Shown: positions 18,823 through 27,334, counted from the stretch's first letter. The stretch: 38,055 nt of DNA from PVC group bacterium (GCA_003565095.1 PXDI01000044.1:1-38055), one strand, 5' to 3'. Numbers and translations: made by a program. The notes: generated by a model not told the origin, from the sequence alone.

Positions 18823-18850
18823 ATATTATCGCCACACGCGCGCATGTCAA
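18823..18850 (-). promoter_or_regulatory. Candidate sigma70-like promoter of the antiporter gene
   Basis: On the - strand: TTGACA (18850-18845), a 16-nt spacer, then TAATAT (18828-18823), about 45 nt upstream of ATG 18778. Confidence 0.45.
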
Positions 18851-18869
18851 GATTGCGGCTCCGGCAGCC

Positions 18870-20138
18870 CTACTGAACGGCTTCTTGCACCGCTGCCGCA
18901 AAACCCATAACCTCTTTACGGCTATGCGCGGCACTGATAAACGCGGCTTCAAACTGCGATGGCGGCAGATAGTATCCACGCTCAAGCATACGATTGAAGA
19001 ATTCGGCATAGGCCGCCGTATCACACTCTTTTGTTTCGTCCAGATTGCGAACCGGGTTGCGACGGAAGAACACGGTAAAGACCCCGCCCATTTTCGCCAC
19101 ATGCAACGGCAGCCCTTTGGCAACCGCAGCATCGTTAACCTTCACGGCCAATTCAGCCCCCAGTTCAGCCAGCGACGGATATGGATTTTCCGCAATCAAC
19201 AACTCGATCGTTTTCATTCCAGCGGCCACCGCCACCGGATTTCCGCTCAGCGTTCCGGCCTGATAAACGCTGCCGCAAGGGGCCAGGCACTGCATGATGT
19301 CACGCCTGCCGCCCAATGCCGCCAACGGCATTCCGCCGCCGATAATCTTGCCCAGGCAGGTGATATCCGGAGTGATTCCCGCCAGCGCGCCATAGGTTGT
19401 CGGCGCAAAACGGAATCCGGTGATCACTTCATCAAAAATCAGCAGCGCACCGCAGCGGGCGGCTTCGGCACGCAAATGCTCCAGAAACCCGTCTTGCGGT
19501 GCCACCAGCCCCATGTTGCCGGCCACCGGCTCGACAATGATTGCCGCAAGTTCATCGCCGTAGCGGTTGACGATCTCCGAGACCGCTTCTTTGTCATTAT
19601 AGGCCGGCAGAAAGACATCGCCCTCATTAATGAAAACTCCGGCCGAGGATGAAATGCCGCCGGTCAGCAGCCCGCTGCCGGCCCCCGCCAGCAGTCCGTC
19701 GGAATGTCCATGATACCCGCCGTCGAACTTGACAATCCGGCGGCGTCCGGTGAATCCGCGCGCCAGACGCAGAGCGGTCATAACCGCCTCTGTGCCGGAA
19801 CTTACAAGCCGTACCTGCTTCATCGACGGAACCTGTGCGCACAGCAGCTCCGCAAACTCAACCTCGCGCGGTGTATTGATGCCGAAAGTCGTGCCGTCGC
19901 GTGCGGCCGCGGCAATTGCCTCGACCACCTCCGGGCGTGCATGTCCCAGAATCAACGGCCCCCATGAGCCGCAGAAATCAACCAGCTCGCGGCCTTCAAC
20001 AGTTACAATTTTTGAACCGCGGCCGCTGCGCACATACACCGGGTTGCCGCCAACCGCATTGAATGCCCGCACCGGACTGTTCACCCCGCCGGGAATCACC
20101 GCCTGCGCACGTTCGAACAGTCTGCTGGATTGTTTCAT
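18870..20138 (-). CDS. hemL: Glutamate-1-semialdehyde 2,1-aminomutase
   Basis: MKQSSRLFERAQAVIPGGVNSPVRAF..., DEVITGFR and CLGKIIGGGMP (PLP lysine region). 422 aa. Confidence 0.9.
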   Translation of the reverse strand: MKQSSRLFERAQAVIPGGVNSPVRAFNAVGGNPVYVRSGRGSKIVTVEGRELVDFCGSWGPLILGHARPEVVEAIAAAARDGTTFGINTPREVEFAELLCAQVPSMKQVRLVSSGTEAVMTALRLARGFTGRRRIVKFDGGYHGHSDGLLAGAGSGLLTGGISSSAGVFINEGDVFLPAYNDKEAVSEIVNRYGDELAAIIVEPVAGNMGLVAPQDGFLEHLRAEAARCGALLIFDEVITGFRFAPTTYGALAGITPDITCLGKIIGGGMPLAALGGRRDIMQCLAPCGSVYQAGTLSGNPVAVAAGMKTIELLIAENPYPSLAELGAELAVKVNDAAVAKGLPLHVAKMGGVFTVFFRRNPVRNLDETKECDTAAYAEFFNRMLERGYYLPPSQFEAAFISAAHSRKEVMGFAAAVQEAVQ

Positions 20139-20148
20139 CGTTATGCTG

Positions 20149-20550
20149 TTATTCCGGGCTGATCAATCTGACAGCCGGAAAGTAGGTACTTATTCTTTTG
20201 GTATCACGGGTTAATAAAGGTATTTTCAAAGCCTGTGCGTGCCCACCGATAAAAAAGTCCGGAAGCACCGAAACTCTGGGACCACTGCGTTTTTTGTATT
20301 GTCCAAAAGCTTTTGCGGCCATAAAGAGTCCCTGACGTGGAATTTCCTGATAAGAAAGAAAAAAACTCCTGACAATATCATCAACAAATTCAACAGATGG
20401 GCTGCCGAAACAAAGTTCTGCATATATGACGGGATTGATCAATAGTCCGGAGTTACTGTTTGCTTCGAGCTGACCAATAGACCACTCGGCCCATTCTGAA
20501 TCATCGGTAAGAACATCAATAAGGATGTTTGTGTCAACCAATACAGGCAT
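20149..20550 (-). CDS. vapC: PIN-domain ribonuclease toxin (VapC family)
   Basis: MPVLVDTNILIDVL N-terminus with conserved acidic residues. 133 aa. It lies 3 nt downstream of an AbrB-type antitoxin gene. Confidence 0.85.
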   Translation of the reverse strand: MPVLVDTNILIDVLTDDSEWAEWSIGQLEANSNSGLLINPVIYAELCFGSPSVEFVDDIVRSFFLSYQEIPRQGLFMAAKAFGQYKKRSGPRVSVLPDFFIGGHAQALKIPLLTRDTKRISTYFPAVRLISPE

Positions 20551-20553
20551 CCA

Positions 20554-20775
20554 TTATCCCCTGGTTTGCCGCATCCATTGCTTCGTAGTCTGTTTCCCCT
20601 TCAGAACACCACGCAGTTTTTGAAAGCGTCCGCGTACACTGCGAGCAGGGGCTTCCCTGGTCAAAACTACCGCGCCGTTCGCAATACGAAACTCAACATT
20701 ACTATGCGGAGCTATACCCAGATAGTCACGTATTCGTGCCGGTATCGTTACTTGTCCTTTTGTCGTCACTTTCAT
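20554..20775 (-). CDS. vapB: AbrB/SpoVT/MazE-type antitoxin (VapB)
   Basis: MKVTTKGQVTIPARIRDYLG is a swapped-hairpin motif. Start is trimmed to ATG 20775; the listed 20940 extension overlaps the hemB 3' end. Confidence 0.8.
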   Translation of the reverse strand: MKVTTKGQVTIPARIRDYLGIAPHSNVEFRIANGAVVLTREAPARSVRGRFQKLRGVLKGKQTTKQWMRQTRG

Positions 20776-20806
20776 GGTATTACTATTGCATGTATTACAT
20801 TTGCAG

Positions 20807-21787
20807 TCAAGCTCCGAACATTTCGCGGTAGCGGTTTGCCCAATAGGAAATGATGATATCCGCCCCGGCGCGCTGTATGGCAGCGATACTCTCACGCACC
20901 ATTGCGCGCAGATCGCCATCACCGCGTTCCGCGGCGGCAATCAACATCGCATACTCACCGCTGACATTATACGCCGCCAGCGGCAGCTCCGTTTTCTCAC
21001 GCAGCCGCTGAATCACATCCAGATAAAACAGCGCCGGTTTCACCATCAGGATATCTGCGCCTTCGGCTTCATCCAGCACGGATTCACGCAAGGCCGTATT
21101 CAAATCGCTGTATGCAGCCTGATAGCCTTGCCGGTCACCATGTGACGGAGCGGACTGTTCAGCCTCGCGGAAGGGTCCGTACATCGACGAAGCAAACTTG
21201 GTCGAATAGCTCATCAGCAGAGTGTTGTGCGCCCCGGCGTGATCGAGCGCCGAGCGGACTGCCTGCACCTGCCCATCCATCATTGCGCTCGGGGCAACGC
21301 CGTCGGCGCCGGCCTGCGCATGGGAAACCGCAATCTTCTGCAGCAGTTCCAATGCCGCATCGTTATCAACCTGCCCGGCTTTATCCAGCGGCCCGCAATG
21401 ACCGTGATCAGTATAGGCACACAAACAGACATCTGTAAAAACCGTCAGATGCGGATGGGCATACTTGATAATCGGCAGCGCCTGCTGGACAACACCACCG
21501 GAATCATAGGCAGCCGTTCCGTAGGCGTCCTTCAGGGATTCATCAACCACCCCGAACAGCAATACCCCGCCAAGTCCATCTGCAACCAGCGGATCGAGCT
21601 TCTTGACCAGCACATCGGCGCTCATCCGCGCCTGTCCGGGCAGCGCCCGCAAAGGCTCATCAATCCCCTTCCCCTCCCGCAGAAACACCGGCCAGATGAA
21701 TTTCTCCGGCCCGGGCAGCGCCCGGCCAAGCATTTTGCGCATTCCCTCCGTTCGCCTTAGACGACTCAATCTTGTTTCTGGGTACAT
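20807..21787 (-). CDS. hemB: Porphobilinogen synthase (ALA dehydratase), Zn-type
   Basis: DVCLCAYTDHGHCG is a Cys-rich zinc site, with active-site Lys regions (MVKPAL...). Start is at ATG 21787, with AAGGA 6 nt upstream. Confidence 0.9.
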   Translation of the reverse strand: MYPETRLSRLRRTEGMRKMLGRALPGPEKFIWPVFLREGKGIDEPLRALPGQARMSADVLVKKLDPLVADGLGGVLLFGVVDESLKDAYGTAAYDSGGVVQQALPIIKYAHPHLTVFTDVCLCAYTDHGHCGPLDKAGQVDNDAALELLQKIAVSHAQAGADGVAPSAMMDGQVQAVRSALDHAGAHNTLLMSYSTKFASSMYGPFREAEQSAPSHGDRQGYQAAYSDLNTALRESVLDEAEGADILMVKPALFYLDVIQRLREKTELPLAAYNVSGEYAMLIAAAERGDGDLRAMVRESIAAIQRAGADIIISYWANRYREMFGA

Positions 21788-21833
21788 GCTTCGTTTCCTT
21801 ATATTTCCGGGCAGGGGCATCCCAGCGGTGCGG

Positions 21834-21845
21834 CCCAAGGGACTG
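21834..21845 (+). repeat. Left copy of the 12-bp direct repeat CCCAAGGGACTG flanking the Phd-VapC cassette
   Basis: An exact 12-mer is also present at 22708-22719 in the same orientation. It is adjacent to GGCATCCCAG, whose reverse complement abuts the right copy. Confidence 0.6.
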
Positions 21846-22023
21846 GACCGCCCCTACTGACGGACAACACTCCAAATCGTTCCATCGGGCTTGAGAACAT
21901 TACAACCATATCCACAATGCATCGGTTTGTCCAGCCTCCGGTAGTTCAGCAATTCCGCAAGTAGTATTCATTTTGAAACTTTATTGTGTTGCATAATGTG
22001 AACTTATGTGGTATCCATAAATT

Positions 22024-22254
22024 ATGAAAACAATCTCTGTTCGGGAAATGAAGGCGCATTGGGCTGAAGTGGAGAAGCAGGTCGGCCATGGCGAAACCTT
22101 TGAAGTTTTGAACCGCGGAAAGCCGACGGTCATGATTATTCCAGCAAAACCGCGCCAGGTGTTGAAGTGGGATGACCATCTGGCTACTGCCATAAAGTCA
22201 ACGGGCCGCTCCGCAAAAGAAACCGTTGCCGCCGATCGGGAGGGACGCTGGTGA
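22024..22254 (+). CDS. Phd/YefM-type antitoxin
   Basis: MKTISVREMKAHWAEVEKQVGHGETFEVLNRGKPTVMIIP. 76 aa. It overlaps the downstream PIN gene by 4 nt. Confidence 0.8.
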   Translation: MKTISVREMKAHWAEVEKQVGHGETFEVLNRGKPTVMIIPAKPRQVLKWDDHLATAIKSTGRSAKETVAADREGRW

Positions 22255-22676
22255 TCTATCTGGACACAAGCGCCCTGCTCAAGCTGTATTTTCTCGAAGA
22301 CGAATCCGAACTTGTTCAGCAATATGTCATGCAACAAAGCGATCCGCTCCCTATATGGGAATTGCAGCAGTTTGAAATACTCAATGCTTTCCGACTTAAA
22401 GTCTTCTGGGGAGAAATGACCGGTTCTGATGCCGAAAAGCTGGTTGAAATGTTTGATCGACGTATGAGCAACGGGCAGTATTACTGTCCGGAAATCGACC
22501 GGAGTGAACTGATGCTGACATTCCGCAGTCTGACAAAACGGACTCCGGACACCGGCTGCCGCACCATGGATATACTGCATGTTGCCTGCGCGTTGCAGCT
22601 TGCCCCCGAGCTTTTCATTTCCTTTGACGACCGGCAACGCAATCTGGCAAAGGGTGCAGGACTGCACGTTCCCTGA
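22251..22676 (+). CDS. vapC: PIN-domain toxin (VapC family)
   Basis: (V/M)IYLDTSALLKLY..., ...TMDILHVA..., ...SFDDRQ acidic quartet pattern. GTG start overlaps the antitoxin stop. Confidence 0.8.
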   Translation: MIYLDTSALLKLYFLEDESELVQQYVMQQSDPLPIWELQQFEILNAFRLKVFWGEMTGSDAEKLVEMFDRRMSNGQYYCPEIDRSELMLTFRSLTKRTPDTGCRTMDILHVACALQLAPELFISFDDRQRNLAKGAGLHVP

Positions 22677-22700
22677 TTTGACAGAAATGCTCCCCCATCT

Positions 22701-22728
22701 GGGATGCCCCAAGGGACTGTGGCATCCC
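22701..22728. terminator. Perfect 8-bp stem hairpin between convergent vapC and the hemC-fusion gene (candidate bidirectional terminator); its loop carries the right copy of the 12-bp repeat
   Basis: GGGATGCC (22701-22708) pairs with GGCATCCC (22721-22728) around the 12-nt loop CCAAGGGACTGT. There is no U-tract. The last stem base is part of the - strand stop codon. Confidence 0.4.
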
Positions 22729-24812
22729 TAGAGACAAGCCGCTGCAAGTGCCAGCAGGTTTTCCTCGACGGTTCCGGCACCGATTGCAACATGCGCCTTG
22801 ACGCCGTGCACCTGTAATTCGTCCGCCGTCGGTCCGCCCATCGCCAGAATCATCTTGCCGGTCAATATATCCGTCTGCCACTGCCGGACAAATGATGCCA
22901 CCGCCGAGGCGCTGGCGAAAAACACCGCATCGAATTCCGGCTGTTCGGAATATGTTATATCACAGTTCTCATACAGCACACAATCGGTCACATCCGCCCC
23001 GGCCGTGCGCAGTCCCTCTGCCAGATCCGCACCGGCTCTGGCCGAGCGTAACCGCAGCACCTTTTGTCCCTTGACCTGCCCAGCCGCCGCCGCCAGCAGT
23101 CCGGCCGAACTGAAATCCGCCTCCGGCACCAGCTCGCACCCGAGCCCGGCTTTTTCCAACGCGCGTACCGACCCGGGGCCGGTGGTCATGATCCGCGGCA
23201 TAGAACGCATATCCAGCCGCTCGCAAAGGATCACCTCATGCAAACAGCGCACTGCGGAAGGTGAAGTCAACGCAATCCAGTCAAAATCCGCCATGTGCCT
23301 GACAATATCGGCCGCCTGCGGCAATATTTGCAGCCTGATTAGCGGCCGTTGTACCGGCCGGGCGCCCAGATCATAGACCGACTGAACACAGCGCTCCATC
23401 AATGCTTCACTGCACGTCAGCAGCACGCGTCGCCCGCCCAGTGCGCCGAGTGCTGCATCAAAGCCATAACAGGCAATCTCTCCGACTATCAGCAAGCCCG
23501 GCAGCTTACGCTGCCGGTCAGGAATAGTCCCCAGTGTTGCCTCAAGCGCGTCCAACGGGCATCTGTATACCGCCTCGTTATCCGCTCCGGCCGCAAACAC
23601 CAGTACGCACGGCGTATTGCCGGAAAGACCATCCTCCATAAGTTCAGCGGCAACCTGTCCGGCTTTGGTTACAGCCATATAGAACACAATCGGCAATTCG
23701 GCCCGGGCGGCGGCATCCACCGCGCCGGTCGCACCGCCCTGCAGCCGCGGCGTCATCACGGTAAAACCGCGCGAGACACCGCGCCGCGTCAGCAGCACGC
23801 CGCTGCCGGCGGCCGCGGTCTGCATGGCGCTGATACCCGGAATCACCCGGGCAGGCAAACCTAGCACCTCCAGCGCCTCAATCTCCTCTGCAAGCCTGCC
23901 AAAGATGCCCGGATCGCCGCCCTTCAAGCGAACGGTCCGGTATCCTTTGCGGACGAAATCGCACAGCATCCGGTTGATTTCCTCCTGCGGGCGGCTGTGT
24001 TCACCCTGCCTTTTGCCGACGTATATTCTTTTTGCACCGGCCGACAGATGGAGCAGCACCGCGTCATCCATCAGCGCATCATACAGACAGACCTCTGCAT
24101 TGCGCAGTGCGCGCATGGCATCCAGCGTAAGCTGTCCCTCACCCACCCCGGCACCGGCAAATACCGGCGTTTTGATAAACAGTTTGCGAATCGCCTGCAT
24201 GCGCGGGTCACCGCGCCGGAAAGTAACCGCCAGCGCCCCCTGCCCCTCCGGCGTATCAAGCTCCTTCAGCGGAATCCATTCCGTAATCCGCTGCTCCAGC
24301 CCCAGGCGTTGCAGCGCCACCCCCGCCATGATCAATAAGTCGAACCGGCCCTCATCAAGTTGCTGGAGCCGCTCGCCTATATTGCCGCGCAGCGGTTTTA
24401 GCTCGGCATCCGGAAACCGCCGCGCGGCATATTCGGCACGCCGCTGACTGCTTACACCGATTAGCCGCGGCGCAAGGGAACCCACCAGCGCATCGCGGCG
24501 GTCACCGGCCGCCGGCAGCCAAAACCAGTCAAGTCCCTCCGGCAGCGGTTCCGGCAGATCCTTGGCACTGTGCACCGCCAGATCAATCCGCTCTTCCAGC
24601 AATGCCGCATCCAGTGTGCGCGAAAAAAAATCCGGCGGGCTGCTGCGTAAATCTGTTTCACGGTCCAGATCACCGGGGGTGTCGATTTGGACTGTCTCAA
24701 AATCGGCCATCGGCAACAGCTTGCTGATATGCTTGATGACATGGGCGGTCTGCCGCAACGCCAGCGGACTGCTACGCGTTCCCGCCCTGAAAACTTTCCA
24801 TGAGTCGGTCAT
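22728..24812 (-). CDS. Tri-domain tetrapyrrole fusion: HemC-like porphobilinogen deaminase domains 1-2, uroporphyrinogen-III C-methyltransferase (CobA/SUMT), and uroporphyrinogen-III synthase (HemD)
   Basis: HemC motifs: FRAGTRSSPLALRQ, TPGDLD, HSAKDLP, LRGNIGERL and EGQGALAV. SUMT motifs: FAGAGVGEGQLTL, LKGGDPGIFGR and VIPGISA. The C-terminal ~240 aa are HemD-like (two Rossmann-like halves). Start is at ATG 24812 (GGGAG upstream) and overlaps the upstream gene by 41 nt. Confidence 0.8.
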   Translation of the reverse strand: MTDSWKVFRAGTRSSPLALRQTAHVIKHISKLLPMADFETVQIDTPGDLDRETDLRSSPPDFFSRTLDAALLEERIDLAVHSAKDLPEPLPEGLDWFWLPAAGDRRDALVGSLAPRLIGVSSQRRAEYAARRFPDAELKPLRGNIGERLQQLDEGRFDLLIMAGVALQRLGLEQRITEWIPLKELDTPEGQGALAVTFRRGDPRMQAIRKLFIKTPVFAGAGVGEGQLTLDAMRALRNAEVCLYDALMDDAVLLHLSAGAKRIYVGKRQGEHSRPQEEINRMLCDFVRKGYRTVRLKGGDPGIFGRLAEEIEALEVLGLPARVIPGISAMQTAAAGSGVLLTRRGVSRGFTVMTPRLQGGATGAVDAAARAELPIVFYMAVTKAGQVAAELMEDGLSGNTPCVLVFAAGADNEAVYRCPLDALEATLGTIPDRQRKLPGLLIVGEIACYGFDAALGALGGRRVLLTCSEALMERCVQSVYDLGARPVQRPLIRLQILPQAADIVRHMADFDWIALTSPSAVRCLHEVILCERLDMRSMPRIMTTGPGSVRALEKAGLGCELVPEADFSSAGLLAAAAGQVKGQKVLRLRSARAGADLAEGLRTAGADVTDCVLYENCDITYSEQPEFDAVFFASASAVASFVRQWQTDILTGKMILAMGGPTADELQVHGVKAHVAIGAGTVEENLLALAAACL

Positions 24813-26259
24813 AATGCTCCCGGTGCGCATGAACAATCTTACGGCAACGGGCGGTATATTTCTTTATATCCGCCTGCTTTCCGCCATACGTGTGTTTCAG
24901 TTTTTCGATATCGATGATCCTCAGAGAACCCGCCGTCTGCGCCAGCGCCGGATCAATATTACGCGGAACTCCGAGATCGATCAGTGTAACTTGCTTTTCA
25001 GAATTAAAGCAGGGCGCATGACCGCCGTGCAGCACAAAACCGGCCGCCTCCACTGCACAAACCACCGCGTCCGCGGTTTTCAGGCGGCTTTTGATTGCGC
25101 TGAAAGTACACAGCTTCACATGGCCGGACCATTCCGGCGGCAGTTCCGGTTTATTGCGATGATAGCACCAGAGCACCTTTGCGCCGGACCGCAATGCGCC
25201 GGCGGCAAGACCGCGGCCGACCATGCCACTGCCGATAAGCATGATAGTCTTATTTTGCAGGCCCCTGTACTGTTCTTTGAGCGCAAGCAGAGCCAGATCT
25301 TCAATTTCACAAACCGGAATCTCCGGCACCACGTCGTTTTTGATATGTTTCGACATATGCAGGGCGGACGCCAGCCATTCCTGCAACATGCCCCCGGCCC
25401 AGCCTTGCGCGACCGAGAACGACAGCGCCTCCTTCATCTGGGCGGCAATGTGGTTTTCGCCCGGCGTCTGTGAAAACATCCCCGCACATACCAGTGCCGA
25501 ATGCTCCCACGCAGCCGGTCCCGCTAACTGATAATATTTATCTTTATGCAACCGGTCAAAACCCAACGCATGACACAAGATACTCTCTTTAATTGTCGGA
25601 CGCGATGCCACCGCCAGGATTTCAATCCGGTTGCATGTGTTCAACAGGACAAACTCGTGTACACCCCAAAGCTGCATCAGCATTGTGCCCACACGCTCCA
25701 GCCGCGCTCCGGCAAGGTGAAAAGGCTCACGTTCCTGCAGCCCCAGAAAGCGGTGATCGGTGCCGGCCACGACCAGATCGGCCGTTTCCATGCTCTCAAT
25801 ATGACGCGCCAGCGACTCCTTGACCAGTTTTGCACGGCGGCATGACTGTCCGCCGGTTGAAACAGCCAACGTCAGTCCGCCGTTACGGGTAACCGCCGGG
25901 GATGTAAAATCGCTCTGCGACCAGTTACCGTCCACACAACTGCACAGAACCCGCGCCTTGCGGCAGGCTTCCAGAATGCGACGATTCACCGTACGCTTAT
26001 CGGTACAGGCAAACACCAGTGCGGCATCTTTGATGTCGGCCAGCCGGAATGGACGCGCAACCAGTTCCAGTTTGCGCTCCGCGGCAAGCTTTGCAAGCTC
26101 CAGACCGACAGCCGGACTTACCACCCGCACCTGCGCCCCGGCGGCCAGCAGGCTGCCGCATTTGCGCAGTGCCACCTTGCCGCCACCCACCACCAGGCAC
26201 AACCGTCCTTCAAGCAACAGATTGACCGGCAGCGCCTTTGTTTGTTTGCCCGCTTTCAT
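24772..26259 (-). CDS. Fusion of a SirC/CysG-N-like precorrin-2 dehydrogenase domain with glutamyl-tRNA reductase (HemA)
   Basis: N-terminal LVVGGGKVALRK...VVSP...FTSPAV...LAVSTGGQS is CysG_N/Met8-like. The HemA region follows: LLNTCNRIEIL (catalytic Cys), GENHIAAQMK, IGSGMVGRG and LIDLGVPRNIDP. Confidence 0.8.
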   Translation of the reverse strand: MKAGKQTKALPVNLLLEGRLCLVVGGGKVALRKCGSLLAAGAQVRVVSPAVGLELAKLAAERKLELVARPFRLADIKDAALVFACTDKRTVNRRILEACRKARVLCSCVDGNWSQSDFTSPAVTRNGGLTLAVSTGGQSCRRAKLVKESLARHIESMETADLVVAGTDHRFLGLQEREPFHLAGARLERVGTMLMQLWGVHEFVLLNTCNRIEILAVASRPTIKESILCHALGFDRLHKDKYYQLAGPAAWEHSALVCAGMFSQTPGENHIAAQMKEALSFSVAQGWAGGMLQEWLASALHMSKHIKNDVVPEIPVCEIEDLALLALKEQYRGLQNKTIMLIGSGMVGRGLAAGALRSGAKVLWCYHRNKPELPPEWSGHVKLCTFSAIKSRLKTADAVVCAVEAAGFVLHGGHAPCFNSEKQVTLIDLGVPRNIDPALAQTAGSLRIIDIEKLKHTYGGKQADIKKYTARCRKIVHAHREHYDRLMESFQGGNA

Positions 26260-27260
26260 TCTTGAAAATAATGCATACTGCTCTTTTTAAACTCACGCAA
26301 TGAAATAAACAGTTCACCGTCCGGCAGACCGCATGCCGCGGTTATTTTATCAAACAGCGCCTTCGTCTCCGCCGGACTTCCGGTATGAATCATGGCATAC
26401 AAATCAAACGGAAACCCCGGCAGACGCGGACGTTGATAGCAATGCGTCACTTCCGGTCGTGACGCAACGCGGCGTCCCGCAGCAACGATATCGCCTTCCA
26501 CCGGCCAGACGCACATACCGTTGGCTTTAAAGCCGGCCTCACGATGATACAATATTACGCCGACGCGACGCAACACTCCCTTCCGGCGCCAATCGTTTAG
26601 CCGCGCGAGCAGCACTGAAACCGGAATGCCAAGCTGCCCGGCAGCCGCGTCAAACGGCCGCGCACTCACCGCAAGATTTCCCTCCAGTGCACGCACAATG
26701 GCGCGCTCGTCTTCCGTGAAACTTTCAAAAGATTCCGTGAGCCTGCTTTGGGCGGAAGCCGGAGCCGCCGCACCCGGAAATGTTTCATCACGCTCCTGTG
26801 TGCGCAAGTCAAACACCACATCAATTTTAAAGCGACGCAGCGCCGGCAGCAGCAGCACCCGTTTTGCTCCGAGCTGCATCTGCATTTGAGCGAGGCCTTC
26901 ATCAAACCGGTCATGCAGCAGCGCCAGCGTGAACCACAGCACCGGATATTCCCTGCCGCCAACCACAGGGCGGCGCTCATAGCAGTGGGTCACACCGGGA
27001 TGTGCGGCAATCATCTCCGCGGTCTGCTCCATTTGCGACTCATCAATATCCACCGCGCACAAAACGCTCTTGTAACCCAGCCGCCGCGCATCAAACACCC
27101 CGCCGAAACGACGTATCAGGCCTTCCGCCTGCGCACGTTGCAGCAAATCGACGACAGCATCCTCCGGCAGCGGCATATTGCAAAACGGCCGCTCGACCGG
27201 CTCCACCCCGCGCTGCAGGGCGGTCAGCACCGCTTCTTCCTGTCTGGTTAGTTTCATCAT
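26256..27260 (-). CDS. ahbAB: Siroheme decarboxylase, fused AhbA-AhbB (NirD/L/G/H family, two Lrp/AsnC-like halves)
   Basis: Two homologous halves, each with an N-terminal wHTH-like segment followed by ...GVTHCYERR... / ...EVTHCYQRP... signatures typical of NirDLGH/AhbAB. ATGA overlap with the downstream gene. Confidence 0.75.
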   Translation of the reverse strand: MMKLTRQEEAVLTALQRGVEPVERPFCNMPLPEDAVVDLLQRAQAEGLIRRFGGVFDARRLGYKSVLCAVDIDESQMEQTAEMIAAHPGVTHCYERRPVVGGREYPVLWFTLALLHDRFDEGLAQMQMQLGAKRVLLLPALRRFKIDVVFDLRTQERDETFPGAAAPASAQSRLTESFESFTEDERAIVRALEGNLAVSARPFDAAAGQLGIPVSVLLARLNDWRRKGVLRRVGVILYHREAGFKANGMCVWPVEGDIVAAGRRVASRPEVTHCYQRPRLPGFPFDLYAMIHTGSPAETKALFDKITAACGLPDGELFISLREFKKSSMHYFQE

Positions 27261-27334
27261 CTCACCTCGAACAAAATTACCGCAAATTCAAGCTGTTTGT
27301 CAAAACAACCGCCTGTTCTTTAATTATTTTACGC

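Noticed and set aside
18779-19132. 118-codon N-terminal extension of the antiporter ORF (listed 17051..19132)
   Set aside because: It overlaps the hemL 3' end, is Arg/Cys-rich and is not membrane-like. A good promoter (TTGACA-16-TAATAT) and the first TM helix fit ATG 18778.
20776-20940. N-terminal extension of the AbrB-type antitoxin ORF
   Set aside because: It overlaps the hemB 3' end. The AbrB swapped-hairpin motif starts at the internal Met (MKVTTKGQVTIP), which gives a typical 73-aa antitoxin.
21930-21960. tRNA-like fragment (GGTAGTTCAGC) upstream of the Phd gene
   Set aside because: No acceptor stem, anticodon arm or T-arm can be built around it, so it is an isolated resemblance only.
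21981-22712. 243-aa minus-strand ORF spanning the Phd-VapC module
   Set aside because: The plus-strand pair has clear Phd and PIN signatures with a coupled 4-nt overlap. The antisense frame has no motifs and would run through the intergenic hairpin.
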